Counted from the first letter of the stretch, positions 51,479 through 62,034 are shown. The stretch: DNA of 64,000 bases from Gammaproteobacteria bacterium (GCA_018674175.1 JABHAT010000016.1:131440-195439); one strand, 5' to 3'. Numbers and translations: made by a program. The notes: a model not told the origin generated them from the letters alone.

Positions 51479-53101
51479 TTATGCAATCTGGGGAACAGAT
51501 TTTAGTAGCTTCCTTGTATATTCATTTTGCGTATGATTAATTATATCAGAGGTTTTACCACTCTCAACTATTTTACCTTTGTACATGACAGACATTGTCT
51601 CAGATATACTGGATATGAGCTTAATATCGTGCGATATAAATAAATAGGATATTTTTGTTTTATTTTGAATATCTATTAATAAGTCAAGAACTTGCTTTTG
51701 CACTGTTACATCTAAAGAGCTTGTTGGTTCGTCACATATTAATAATTTTGGCTCTAAGACCAAAACTCTCGCAATAGCTATTCTTTGTCTTTGTCCGCCT
51801 GAAAATTGATGCGGGTATTTGTTTAATGAATTATGTTTTAAACCAACTTTATCCAAAACATCTCTTAGAATTTCATTAGTAATACTATTACTTAATTCCG
51901 GCTTTAAAAAACACAAGCCCTCTTTTATTATTGCTCCAATTCTCATTCTTGGGTTTAAAGATGAGAATGGATCCTGAAATATCATTTGATAATATTTTCT
52001 AAAATCTCTTTTATCAGATTTACCCATACTAATAATATCTTTATTTAATATTTCAATATTCCCGGAAGTTGGGCTAACTAAACCCATAATTGCTTTAGCT
52101 ATTGTTGTTTTTCCTGATCCAGACTCACCGACTATAGCATGCGTTGTGCCTGATTTTATTAAGATACTTATGTCATCGACAGCTTTAACATAACTCTTAT
52201 TTCTTCCGAATAAGTTATCGCGTTCTGGAAAATAAACTTTAAGATTTTTTATGCACAAAATATTCTTATCATCTTGATTTTCAATATTTGTTGTTTTTCT
52301 TAAATATAATGATGAATTTAATAGGGTCTTACTATAAGAATTTTCTGGATTTGTAAAAAATTTTTTTGCATGACTATTTTCTACTACTTCGCCATTCTGC
52401 ATTACAACTATTCTATCAGATATTTGTGATGCAACAGCTAAATCATGAGTTATAAATAATATTGCCATATTTAGCTTATCTTTCAATTCAAGTAACAAGT
52501 CTAATACCTGTTTCTGTATTGTTACATCTAGGGAAGTGGTTGGCTCATCTGCAATTAATAACTTTGGTTTGCACGCAATTGCCATGGCAATCATCACACG
52601 CTGTTTCATACCACCAGAAAGCTGATGTGGATACAGATTTATAACTCTTTTTGCATCCTCAATTCCAACTGATATTAAATTATTAATAATTTCTTGTTTT
52701 ATATTTGAGATTTTTATATCTATATATGCTTCTTTCAACTGATCGTATATATTCATTACAGGATTCAAAGATCTCATTGGTTCTTGAAATATCATTGAAA
52801 TATCATTTTTTCTTATCTCCCTCATTTCTTTTTCTTCAATCGATAAGATGTCTTTATTTAAAAAATATATTTTACCTTTTTTTATTTTACATGATTTTTC
52901 AAGCAGTCTTATAATTGATAAAGCCGTAAGTGATTTTCCGCTTCCAGACTCGCCTATTAATGAGACGATTTCAGATTCTTTGATATCAAAACTAACATCT
53001 TTTAGTATTTCTTCTTGATTTTCTGAATCAATACTCAAAAATAGATTTTTTATACTTAATAAATCATTCATATTTTTTATTTGCTCTTGGGTCAAATGCA
53101 T
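51479..53101 (-). CDS. yejF: ABC transporter ATP-binding protein with two fused ATPase domains (YejF/DppDF-like)
   Basis: Two Walker A motifs (GESGSGKS twice), two LSGG signatures and two Walker B/D-loops in 540 aa. Confidence 0.85.
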   Translation of the reverse strand: MHLTQEQIKNMNDLLSIKNLFLSIDSENQEEILKDVSFDIKESEIVSLIGESGSGKSLTALSIIRLLEKSCKIKKGKIYFLNKDILSIEEKEMREIRKNDISMIFQEPMRSLNPVMNIYDQLKEAYIDIKISNIKQEIINNLISVGIEDAKRVINLYPHQLSGGMKQRVMIAMAIACKPKLLIADEPTTSLDVTIQKQVLDLLLELKDKLNMAILFITHDLAVASQISDRIVVMQNGEVVENSHAKKFFTNPENSYSKTLLNSSLYLRKTTNIENQDDKNILCIKNLKVYFPERDNLFGRNKSYVKAVDDISILIKSGTTHAIVGESGSGKTTIAKAIMGLVSPTSGNIEILNKDIISMGKSDKRDFRKYYQMIFQDPFSSLNPRMRIGAIIKEGLCFLKPELSNSITNEILRDVLDKVGLKHNSLNKYPHQFSGGQRQRIAIARVLVLEPKLLICDEPTSSLDVTVQKQVLDLLIDIQNKTKISYLFISHDIKLISSISETMSVMYKGKIVESGKTSDIINHTQNEYTRKLLKSVPQIA

Positions 53102-54437
53102 CTCTTACTACGTCTGAAAATAAATTTGCAAAAAGCACAAGTATAAACATAAATAAAAATGCTGAGAATATAGACCACCAGACAATAGGTTCTCTTGACA
53201 TTTCCAGCCTTGCTGCGTTTATCATATTTCCCCAGCTATATGTTGTAGGATCTACACCTATATTTACATATGATAAAACTGCTTCCGCTAATACTAATGC
53301 GCTAAAATCTAATACAACTGTGATTATTACTATATGCATTATATTTGGAATTATATGCCTAACTATAATAGAAAACTTATTTAAACCAAATGTTTGAGAT
53401 GCTTGAACGTACTCAACCTCCTTAAGCTTCATTGACTCGCCACGAAGTAATCTACATAGTCCTGTCCAGCTTGTGAGACCTAGTATCATACATAAAAAGA
53501 ATAATCTTAGATCCGCTCTTTCATAGATATTTTCAAATTCATGTGGATTGTTTGCCATATATACTTGCAACATCAAAATTGCAGACGCAATTAATAAGAC
53601 ACTAGGTATTGAATTTAATGTTGTATAGATGTATTGGATAATATCATCTACAAAACCACCTATGTACCCAGCAAAAATTCCAAGAAATATTGCAAATGGT
53701 AGCATTACAATAGTTGTTAAGGTGCCAATTAATATACCAGTTCTAATACTTTTTATACTTTTATATAAAACATCTACGCCAACTTTATCAGTCCCAAGAA
53801 CATAGTATTGTGTGCTAAGGTCATATAATAAAATTATGATAAAAAATATTATGAAAAATGATGTACATAAAACATTATTATTATTGAAGGCATTTAAAAA
53901 ATTATTATTTTTTTTAAAAATAGTACGATAAAAAATAATCATATAAATTAAAAAACATATAAAAAAAGATTTTATTATAGAAAATAATGATATTACCGCT
54001 ATATTTTCTATTTTATTATTTGAATATTTATTATGATTTCCTTTGTATAAAAGTCTTGGATATTCTCTTTTATCTATATTATTAAAATTTACTGTTTCTT
54101 TTGAGTATAGGTGTGATGAAAAAGGAGCAGAGTAGCTTTTTTCATAATTTTCATGCATGGGTGACAATATAATATCTAAAAAACTCTTGATCTCAGAAGT
54201 ATATACATATTGCTTAGTGTTATTATTATAAATTTTATTTTTAATATGAATTGAATCTAAAAATGCAGTTATTATAAAAAAAGATAAAACAACTATTGAT
54301 AATATTCCCGTTCTACTTCTAAAAACATATAACCAATTTGCTAAAATATCTGGCGTCTTTCTTACATATGCTACGTACATAATTAACGATATTATTATTA
54401 TGTAAAAAAATATATCTGTTAATAAAAATGTAAACAT
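53064..54437 (-). CDS. yejE: ABC transporter permease (YejE/OppC-like) with an enlarged N-terminal region
   Basis: The C-terminal ~280 aa hold the binding-protein-dependent permease core (EAA-like loop ...ASQTFGLNKFSIIVRHIIPN...). They are preceded by ~170 aa with an N-rich low-complexity segment and extra hydrophobic helices. Confidence 0.8.
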   Translation of the reverse strand: MFTFLLTDIFFYIIIISLIMYVAYVRKTPDILANWLYVFRSRTGILSIVVLSFFIITAFLDSIHIKNKIYNNNTKQYVYTSEIKSFLDIILSPMHENYEKSYSAPFSSHLYSKETVNFNNIDKREYPRLLYKGNHNKYSNNKIENIAVISLFSIIKSFFICFLIYMIIFYRTIFKKNNNFLNAFNNNNVLCTSFFIIFFIIILLYDLSTQYYVLGTDKVGVDVLYKSIKSIRTGILIGTLTTIVMLPFAIFLGIFAGYIGGFVDDIIQYIYTTLNSIPSVLLIASAILMLQVYMANNPHEFENIYERADLRLFFLCMILGLTSWTGLCRLLRGESMKLKEVEYVQASQTFGLNKFSIIVRHIIPNIMHIVIITVVLDFSALVLAEAVLSYVNIGVDPTTYSWGNMINAARLEMSREPIVWWSIFSAFLFMFILVLFANLFSDVVRDAFDPRANKKYE

Positions 54438-55414
54438 TATTTCAACCTTACTCTTGGGTCAACCAAGGTATAAGAAATATCTGTTAGTATTAAACCAAAT
54501 ATATATAGAATTGTTCCAAGAAAAACCATTGCTCTAACTATGGCAAAATCCTGACTTTGTATGGCATCTATTGTGTAACTTCCTAGTCCTGGTATTCCAA
54601 AAAATGATTCTACTATAAGGCTTCCTAGAAATAATAATGGCAATATTACAACGACACCAGTTAATATTGGTATAAGAGCATTTTTAAAAACATGGTTAAA
54701 TAATACAGAGAACTCTGAAAGTCCTTTAGATCTAGCGGTTTTTACATAATCCTTCTCTATTTCTTCTAAAAATAAAGATCGATACCACCTAGTACCAGAT
54801 CCAATACCATATATGACGCTTATTATTACTGGCAAAACTAAAAACTTAATTGCTTCAAAACCATGAGCATATCCAGATATAGGCACCAAGTGAAGAAGCT
54901 TACTAATGAGATATTGACCTCCAATTATATAAAATAGACTTGATATAGACATTAGTCCTACGCAGAAAATTACACCAACATAATCAATATACGTAGATCT
55001 AAAGAAAACAAAAAATAATGCAAAAGTTATGTTTAAAAGCAATCCAACTAATAATGAAGGTAGCGCTATTGCTAAGCTTGGCCACATTCTTTGCTTAATA
55101 TCATACTTAATATCTCTACCACTATCTGAAATACCAAACTCAAAAATAAATAATTTGAAAGATTTTTGATAAAATATAGTTTTTGTAAATGACTTTATTC
55201 CTTTTTCAGATTGATTATAGAATAGAGGATTATTATAACCTCTTTCCTCATTCCAAGATTGTATTTGTTCTGGCGTAACTCTTTTATTTCCAAGATGTAA
55301 TCTAGCTACCTCATCTGGAGAATTGACAACAAAAAATAATGTAAAAGTGAGTAAATTTACTCCTATTAAGATTGGAATTGCATATAAAAATCTTTTGAAA
55401 ATATATTTAATCAT
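54437..55414 (-). CDS. yejB: ABC transporter permease (YejB/OppB-like)
   Basis: MIKYIFKRFLYAIPILIGVNLLTF... is a typical DppB/OppB N-terminus. 325 aa with 6 TM helices. Confidence 0.85.
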   Translation of the reverse strand: MIKYIFKRFLYAIPILIGVNLLTFTLFFVVNSPDEVARLHLGNKRVTPEQIQSWNEERGYNNPLFYNQSEKGIKSFTKTIFYQKSFKLFIFEFGISDSGRDIKYDIKQRMWPSLAIALPSLLVGLLLNITFALFFVFFRSTYIDYVGVIFCVGLMSISSLFYIIGGQYLISKLLHLVPISGYAHGFEAIKFLVLPVIISVIYGIGSGTRWYRSLFLEEIEKDYVKTARSKGLSEFSVLFNHVFKNALIPILTGVVVILPLLFLGSLIVESFFGIPGLGSYTIDAIQSQDFAIVRAMVFLGTILYIFGLILTDISYTLVDPRVRLK

Positions 55415-57554
55415 AAATCTTCTCTTTATCTTTTTTCCTTATCATTACAAATATAGAAGCTATAAATGCAGTTATCAAAAATAATACAATATATAATAAT
55501 GAAAAATTAGCTTTATTCCATACTTTAATATCTTTCTTCCTAATACTATTATTTATTTTTTTATATTTAAGCGTGTTATTTGCCATTAAATTTGATTCTA
55601 TATTTTCTACCCATCTGTGCGACAAAGAAAATGATTTGGGATGATAGCCCCATATCCATGGAGAGTCATGTTGAACTATTTCAAGCATTTTTTTAATAAT
55701 ATCTTCTCTTTTCTTTGAGTTTTTCATATTTTTCATATTTACAAATAATTTATCAAATTCTTTATTACTATAGTTTGCTGCATTTTCACCTCCAAACTTT
55801 ACTTTTCCATTTTTACTATAAAGGAGAAACAAGAAGTTTTCTGGGTCTGGGTAGTCGGCATTCCAGCCCCACTGGAAAATTTGACCAGTACCATTAATCA
55901 TTTTTTCTTGAAATCTATTATAGTCTGTAACTCTTGTTACTAATTGAATATTTATTTTTTTAAATTGCTTTCTTAACCAATTCAAAAAAGCATAAGTGTC
56001 AGCTCCAGCACCCGTTGCTTCAAAATATAATACTAATGGTTTGCCAGTTTCTTGATTAATTCCATTACTATATCCAGCCATCACTAATAATTTTTTTGCT
56101 TCTTCTACACTTTTTTTTATTATATTTTTATTTGCGTAATTAAATATTGCTGCATTATAATAATCTTCTGAATCTTGGTATCCAAATATCCCTGGGGGGA
56201 TAGGACTATGAGCAACAACTCCGCGGCCATTTGCAAATATTGAAATATACTCTTCATAGTCGACAGCAATTGATATGGCCCGCCTCAAAAGCATCGCTTT
56301 TTTGCCATCACCACCTACGATAGAATCAAGCATGTTAAAACCAATGTAATATGTGGATGCTGTTGTTGCCGTTTCCAGACTAATTCCTTTGTCTTTCAAA
56401 TCTTTTGTTAAAGTTATGTCACCAGAACTATTTAATGATACTGCTTGGTCATAATTGTCTGATGCTATACCTGAATTGTCGTAATATCCTTGTAAAAATT
56501 TATTCCACCTTGGAATCTGTTCTTTTTCTAAAGAATATATGGCTTTATCTATAAACGGTACTTCATTTATTTTATTTACAGAGTAAAACTTTCTTTCGTT
56601 TAATTTATCATCAATAGATGGATATACTTCTCCCCTAAAATTTTTATTACGCTCTAAAACCATTCTTAAATTAGGATTATTTTCTATTAGCCTAAAAGGT
56701 CCTGTCCCAACTGGGAACCAATTCAGCGTAATATTTTTCTTTTGAAGACTTTTTTGGCCATAAAATAAATCTGCTTCCCACGGCATGGGGGAGAAAAAAG
56801 GCATAGCAAGCCAATAAATGAACTGTGGATACTGTTTATTTAATACTATTGAAAATGTATACCTATCAATTTTTTTTACGCCTAACATATCGTTTGATTT
56901 AATAAAATCTATTCTTTCAATTTTGCTACTTGATTCTATTTTATTTAACTTATTTTTGTACTCCGCAAAACCATATATGTATTCTTTCATTACCCCGGAA
57001 ATTGGAGAATGATTTTTACTATCAGATAATCTTTTAATTTGATATATATAATCATCTGCTATTAATTCTCGAGTAGAATCATTTTCAAAATCTTTTAAAG
57101 TATTAATTTTTTTTAATTCTTCTTTTGATAGATTATGATAAATATAATCATCTTTCTCTTTATAAAATGCCGGATGATTCTGATATAAAATATTTTTTTT
57201 AATTTTCAAAATATATTTTGAATAACGAATATTACCCTTGTTTGTAGTTTTTTTAAAATTTTTGTCAAGGTAATGAACTTCTGGCATTTCGCTTGCTGTC
57301 AAAGGTATTAGTTCGTATGGTTTTTTTAGGTAGTGATACTGAAATAAAGGCTCATATATCTGTGCTATAAAAGCATATTCATTTGAGCTGTATGATTTTA
57401 CAGGGTCAAGATGCTTTGGTCTTTCTTGAAATGATGAGTAAAATGTATTTTTACTTTCTTCTGAATCCGAATATGGACTATTTAGCGGTTTGTCAGAGCA
57501 GCTCGCTAAAATAACTGTTGATATTAACAGTGTATTTCTAAAAAAATTTAACAT
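55407..57554 (-). CDS. yejA: ABC transporter substrate-binding protein, family 5 (YejA-like), with an N-terminal lipobox and a predicted C-terminal TM anchor
   Basis: 715 aa. Signal/lipobox is ...TVILASCSD, then an SBP_bac_5-type body (e.g. ...GTGPFRL...). The C-terminus has ...ANFSLLYIVLFLITAFIASIFVMIRKKDKEK. Confidence 0.8.
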   Translation of the reverse strand: MLNFFRNTLLISTVILASCSDKPLNSPYSDSEESKNTFYSSFQERPKHLDPVKSYSSNEYAFIAQIYEPLFQYHYLKKPYELIPLTASEMPEVHYLDKNFKKTTNKGNIRYSKYILKIKKNILYQNHPAFYKEKDDYIYHNLSKEELKKINTLKDFENDSTRELIADDYIYQIKRLSDSKNHSPISGVMKEYIYGFAEYKNKLNKIESSSKIERIDFIKSNDMLGVKKIDRYTFSIVLNKQYPQFIYWLAMPFFSPMPWEADLFYGQKSLQKKNITLNWFPVGTGPFRLIENNPNLRMVLERNKNFRGEVYPSIDDKLNERKFYSVNKINEVPFIDKAIYSLEKEQIPRWNKFLQGYYDNSGIASDNYDQAVSLNSSGDITLTKDLKDKGISLETATTASTYYIGFNMLDSIVGGDGKKAMLLRRAISIAVDYEEYISIFANGRGVVAHSPIPPGIFGYQDSEDYYNAAIFNYANKNIIKKSVEEAKKLLVMAGYSNGINQETGKPLVLYFEATGAGADTYAFLNWLRKQFKKINIQLVTRVTDYNRFQEKMINGTGQIFQWGWNADYPDPENFLFLLYSKNGKVKFGGENAANYSNKEFDKLFVNMKNMKNSKKREDIIKKMLEIVQHDSPWIWGYHPKSFSLSHRWVENIESNLMANNTLKYKKINNSIRKKDIKVWNKANFSLLYIVLFLITAFIASIFVMIRKKDKEKIYD

Positions 57555-57630
57555 CTAAAATTTACTCTTTTATTTAAAATTATAATATATTTTACTGCAT
57601 TATAGATAAAATTTGATATACAATACATGA

Positions 57631-58416
57631 ATGAAATTTCTTGAAGGAAAAAAAGCGTTAGTTTTAGGTATTGCAAGCAATCGTTCGATTGCATGGGGAA
57701 TTTCTGACTCTTTAAGAAAAAATGGAGCTGAACTAGCTTTCACTTATCAAAATGATAAGTTAAAAGAAAGAGTTGCAAAATTAGCTGCCGAGTGTGAATC
57801 AGATATTATAATGCCTTGTGACGTGGCTGAAGACGGCAGTATAAAAAATATGTTGGATCAGCTTTCTGCTAAATGGGATGAGTTTGATATTATTGTTCAT
57901 TCACTAGCTTTTGCTCCTAGGGAAGAACTAGAAGGAAATTATGTAGAAAAAACTACTAAAGAAGGTTTTATGTCTGCACATAGCATTAGTAGTTACAGTC
58001 TACTAGAGCTTTGTAAAGAATCAAAACCAATGCTTAAAGGATCAAGTCCATCAGTTATCTCGCTATCATATCTTGGTGCTGTTCGTGGAATGCCAAATTA
58101 TAATGTTATGGGTGTTGCTAAAGCTAGTTTAGAAGCAAATGTAAGATATCTGGCATACGCCATGGGAGAGGATAATATTAGAGTTAATTGCATATCTGCT
58201 GGACCAATAAAAACATTAGCTGCTGCTGGTATAACAGATTTTAGAAAAATGCTAGACCATGTTGAAAAAAATTCACCTCTAAGAAGAAATGTAACTATAC
58301 AAGAGGTTGGAGATACAGCTTCTTTCTTGGCGTCTGATGGTGCAAGTGGTATTACTGGCCAAACACTTTATGTAGATTCTGGCTACAATATAATAGGTAT
58401 GCCAGCACTTGATTAA
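57631..58416 (+). CDS. fabI: enoyl-[acyl-carrier-protein] reductase [NADH] FabI
   Basis: GKKALVLGIASNRSIAWGI N-terminus and Y-x6-K catalytic residues (...YNVMGVAKASLEANVRY...) in a 261 aa protein. Confidence 0.9.
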   Translation: MKFLEGKKALVLGIASNRSIAWGISDSLRKNGAELAFTYQNDKLKERVAKLAAECESDIIMPCDVAEDGSIKNMLDQLSAKWDEFDIIVHSLAFAPREELEGNYVEKTTKEGFMSAHSISSYSLLELCKESKPMLKGSSPSVISLSYLGAVRGMPNYNVMGVAKASLEANVRYLAYAMGEDNIRVNCISAGPIKTLAAAGITDFRKMLDHVEKNSPLRRNVTIQEVGDTASFLASDGASGITGQTLYVDSGYNIIGMPALD

Positions 58417-59657
58417 TTTTGTTCTTTAGAAGATAAAGCGCTAACACAACAAGAATCGCCAAAAACATTAACGCTAGTTCTTAGCATATCAAGTACCCTA
58501 TCAATTCCTAGAATTATTCCAACAGCTTCCAAAGGTAAACCAACGGAGCTTAAAATAACTATTATTGCAACGAAACTTGCAGAAGGAATACCTGCAACTC
58601 CAATAGATGTAATCAAGGCTAGAGACAGTATTAAAAATTGATCAATATAAGATAAGTCAACACCATAAAGCTGAGCAATAAAAATAACAGCAACGCATTC
58701 AAATAAAGCAGTTCCATCCATATTAATAGTAGCGCCAAAAGGAATAATAAAATTCACATGCTCTTCTTTATAACCAAGCTTACTGATTAAACATTTTGTA
58801 GTTACAGGTATGGTTGCTAAAGAAGAGCTTGAGGAGAATGCCATAAGTAGCGCAGAACTCATTCCCTTAAAGTGGTCTAAAATATTTCTTTTAAAAATAA
58901 ATAGTACTAAAGGATAAAAAACAAACACATGTAACATAAGGCCAATAATAACTGTAGAGAAAAAACTTAATAATATTATGTAACTATCTGGGCTAAAATT
59001 AATTGTAGCTTTAGCAACAAGACAAAACACACCGTAGGGAGTAAAAAATAAAATATACGACATAATTTTAAGAAATACGAGATAAGCACCTTCCCAAAAA
59101 TTTTTTACAGTATTTATACTATTTGATGTCGAAGATCTTAATGCTAATCCAAAAATAACACTAAAAAAAATAATAAAAAGCATATTTCCGTTTGCAATAG
59201 AATAGAACATATTTCCAGAAAAAATACTAAGTAAAAAAGAATTTAACGAATAGCTATCTTGTGAATTTATAATTTCACTGATATTATGGTTCGCACTTAA
59301 TCCAACTATATTTGCTGCACCTGAACCATTAATTAATCCTGGCTCAATAAAATTTACTACCGTTATTCCAATAATTACAGCCGAGAAACTTGTTATTAAA
59401 TAAAATACTATTGTCTTGATTCCAATATTTGACAAATCATCTGCGCTAGAGAAAGATGAGATATTGTAGATCAATGAAGACATTATTAATGGCACTACTA
59501 TCATCTTTAGAGAATTTAGAAATATCTTCCCAACTAAATCCAAAATATTATATAAATTTATACCTAAAAAACTATCTCCAATATTAATAAATAATCCTGC
59601 CAAGAAACCTAAAAATAAAAAAAAGAATATTATTTTAGATGACGGAGTTTTATCCAT
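58413..59657 (-). CDS. dicarboxylate/amino acid:cation symporter (DAACS, GltP/DctA-like)
   Basis: 414 aa polytopic protein with ...GATINMDGTALFECVAVIFIAQLYG... re-entrant loop motifs characteristic of the family. Confidence 0.8.
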   Translation of the reverse strand: MDKTPSSKIIFFFLFLGFLAGLFINIGDSFLGINLYNILDLVGKIFLNSLKMIVVPLIMSSLIYNISSFSSADDLSNIGIKTIVFYLITSFSAVIIGITVVNFIEPGLINGSGAANIVGLSANHNISEIINSQDSYSLNSFLLSIFSGNMFYSIANGNMLFIIFFSVIFGLALRSSTSNSINTVKNFWEGAYLVFLKIMSYILFFTPYGVFCLVAKATINFSPDSYIILLSFFSTVIIGLMLHVFVFYPLVLFIFKRNILDHFKGMSSALLMAFSSSSSLATIPVTTKCLISKLGYKEEHVNFIIPFGATINMDGTALFECVAVIFIAQLYGVDLSYIDQFLILSLALITSIGVAGIPSASFVAIIVILSSVGLPLEAVGIILGIDRVLDMLRTSVNVFGDSCCVSALSSKEQN

Positions 59658-59666
59658 ATTTTTTTA

Positions 59667-61550
59667 TTATAAATTTTTAGGGTAGATTTTAATTTTTGCC
59701 TGCTCTCTTAAACTTTGTATTACAGAATATAATACAGCATTAACTTGCTCATTATAAAACATAGTTTTTAGTGACTTACTACTTAAATCTGAATCACCCT
59801 TTTGAATACTATCCAGAACTATTAACTCGTAATTTCCTGTTCCTGACTCAATACTTGTTACATTATTTTCTTTGGTCAATGAAAATACCTTAGCTAATAT
59901 TGATGGAGGTATACTATTATCAGCTCTTTCTATATCTGAATAATAAGTAGATTTTTTATTCATAAGTTTCTCTATTACTTTCATATCAGCGCCTAATTTA
60001 ATTTTTTTCTCTATATTTTTTATTGACTCATTCATAGATTCAATTGCGTTTTCAGTATTAATTAAACTCTCAACTTCTTTTACAACATCCTCGTATTTCT
60101 TATATTGTAATGGTGACTTATTGTTTATGCGCAACATAACGATATTATCTTTAACCTCTATCGGGGCACTATTTTGATTATCTTGTCCAACACTTTTAGA
60201 AGATAAAGATTTTAATACTTTTTCATTGTTTAATATTTTATGATCCTTTTTAATTTTTGAGAGAGTAGATAAACCTGTAGACGTTTTTTTAACAGACAGA
60301 TACTCCTCAATTTTATTTAATGAATCTGGGTTTTCAAATAAAATATTAGATATATCTTCAAATATTTCATCATATTTATTAATTACCTGTATGTTTTCAT
60401 AATCTTTTTGGACAGCGTCTTTAACTTCACTAAAATTCTTAACCTTAGCTTCTCTTAAACCTTTAAGTTGCAAAAGATAAAATCCACTTTGTGTTTCTAC
60501 AATACTACTAGTATCTCCAATATTTTTTAATTTAAAAATTTCATCACTAATTATTTTAGTTACTTCATTACGAGAAACCCACCCTATATCGCCCTTATTT
60601 TTATTGGAAAGTTTATCATCGGAATATTTTTTAGCTAAATTTCCAAATTTTTCTCCATTATTAAATTTCTCAAAAACTGATTTTATTAATTTAGAGTTTT
60701 GTTCTTTATCGTTTTTTAGATTAGAAATAAATATCTGACTAACTTTTCTTTTTTCTGGGATTATATATTTAAATTTATTTTCATTATAATAATTTTCTAA
60801 ATTATCTAAATTAATATTCAACTGCTTCTTAAGTATGTCTTTATTAAAAACTATATATTGAATATTAAATTTTTCAGGCATTGAAAATATATTTCTATAT
60901 TTTACATAGAAATCTTTTTTTTGTGCTTCTGTTGATTTTTTATCATTTTTTACAAAATCTTTGTAACTTAAAGATAATAGCTTGAAATTTCTTTTTTGAT
61001 ATTTCAAGTTCTCTAAATCTTTCAATTGTTGGGAAGGTAAAAAGGATCCTTCAACAATATTATTATAAAATTGCAACGTCTTTAGTTCAGATATGCGAAT
61101 TCTCTCGTAATCTGAAGTTTTAATTCCTTGGCTCTGAAGTAAATTTTGGTATCGTTTTGGATTGAACTTATTATTTTCGTGAAAAATTTTATTATTCTTA
61201 ATATCTGTTATAAGTGATTTTTCAGTTACTTGAAATTTATTTTTATTAACAAACTCCCTTACTAGCACACTATCTATTAATTCATCTAAGACTGTTCTTT
61301 TGATAATTTTTTTTTGTAACTCAGCTTCACTTTCGTCTTTTGAGATAAGACTTTGCATTTCCTGAAGCTTTCCTTGGTATTCATTATTTAATCTTTCTAA
61401 TGAAATTTTAGTATCATTTATTTCTGCAACTATAACGTTGTTACTAGTAAAATACTGATCTATTCCCCATAGCGCAAATGGAATGCTTATTCCGATAACA
61501 ATCACATAAGCAATCCAACCTGTTGATTTATCTCTAATATTTTGTAACAA
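59667..61550 (-). CDS. ppiD: periplasmic chaperone / peptidyl-prolyl cis-trans isomerase PpiD
   Basis: MLQNIRDKSTGWIAYVIVIGISIPFALWG is the N-terminal TM anchor typical of PpiD. 627 aa, adjacent to hupB-lon as in E. coli. Confidence 0.8.
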   Translation of the reverse strand: MLQNIRDKSTGWIAYVIVIGISIPFALWGIDQYFTSNNVIVAEINDTKISLERLNNEYQGKLQEMQSLISKDESEAELQKKIIKRTVLDELIDSVLVREFVNKNKFQVTEKSLITDIKNNKIFHENNKFNPKRYQNLLQSQGIKTSDYERIRISELKTLQFYNNIVEGSFLPSQQLKDLENLKYQKRNFKLLSLSYKDFVKNDKKSTEAQKKDFYVKYRNIFSMPEKFNIQYIVFNKDILKKQLNINLDNLENYYNENKFKYIIPEKRKVSQIFISNLKNDKEQNSKLIKSVFEKFNNGEKFGNLAKKYSDDKLSNKNKGDIGWVSRNEVTKIISDEIFKLKNIGDTSSIVETQSGFYLLQLKGLREAKVKNFSEVKDAVQKDYENIQVINKYDEIFEDISNILFENPDSLNKIEEYLSVKKTSTGLSTLSKIKKDHKILNNEKVLKSLSSKSVGQDNQNSAPIEVKDNIVMLRINNKSPLQYKKYEDVVKEVESLINTENAIESMNESIKNIEKKIKLGADMKVIEKLMNKKSTYYSDIERADNSIPPSILAKVFSLTKENNVTSIESGTGNYELIVLDSIQKGDSDLSSKSLKTMFYNEQVNAVLYSVIQSLREQAKIKIYPKNL

Positions 61551-61576
61551 CTGTACTTCCTTTCTCTAATATTTAC

Positions 61577-61653
61577 ATGGCGGAGTGGACGGGATTCGAA
61601 CCCGCGACCCCCTGCGTGACAGGCAGGTATTCTAACCAGCTGAACTACCACTC
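61577..61653 (-). tRNA. tRNA-Asp (GUC)
   Basis: rc reads GGAGTGGTAGTTCAGCTGGTTAGAATACCTGCCTGTCACGCAGGGGGTCGCGGGTTCGAATCCCGTCCACTCCGCCA, near-identical to E. coli tRNA-Asp. Confidence 0.9.
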
Positions 61654-61666
61654 CTTGTCTGTCTTG

Positions 61667-61742
61667 ATGGTGGGTGCTGAGGGATTCGAACCCCCGACAT
61701 CCGCCTTGTAAGGGCGACGCTCTACCAACTGAGCTAAGCACC
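61667..61742 (-). tRNA. tRNA-Val (UAC)
   Basis: rc reads GGGTGCTTAGCTCAGTTGGTAGAGCGTCGCCCTTACAAGGCGGATGTCGGGGGTTCGAATCCCTCAGCACCCACCA. Confidence 0.9.
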
Positions 61743-61761
61743 CTATCAATCAAGGGCGGGC

Positions 61762-62034
61762 TTAGTTTAGAGCATCCTTAAGAGCTTTACCAGCTTTGAA
61801 TCCAGGTGTGTTTGAGGCTTTGATTTGAATTGATTCACCAGTCTGAGGATTTCTTCCCATTCTTGCGTTTCTATGTCTTACTTCAAAAGTACCAAAACCT
61901 GGTATTGTAACTTTTTCACCAGATTGAAGTGTTGATGTAATTGCTCCAAGAACAGCTTCAAGCGATCTTCCAGCTTCAGCTTTATTTGACTCTGTTGTTT
62001 TTGCTATTGCATCTATTAATTCTGATTTATTCAT
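61762..62034 (-). CDS. hupB: DNA-binding protein HU-beta
   Basis: MNKSELIDAIA...GFGTFEVRHR...RNPQTG... in 90 aa, with an AGAGGA SD. Confidence 0.9.
   Translation of the reverse strand: MNKSELIDAIAKTTESNKAEAGRSLEAVLGAITSTLQSGEKVTIPGFGTFEVRHRNARMGRNPQTGESIQIKASNTPGFKAGKALKDALN

Noticed and set aside
61502-61753. 83-aa ORF overlapping tRNA-Asp and tRNA-Val
   Set aside because: It is read straight through two GC-rich tRNA genes (the GFESLSTHH...GFESRPLRH repeats are the T-arms). It is not a protein gene.
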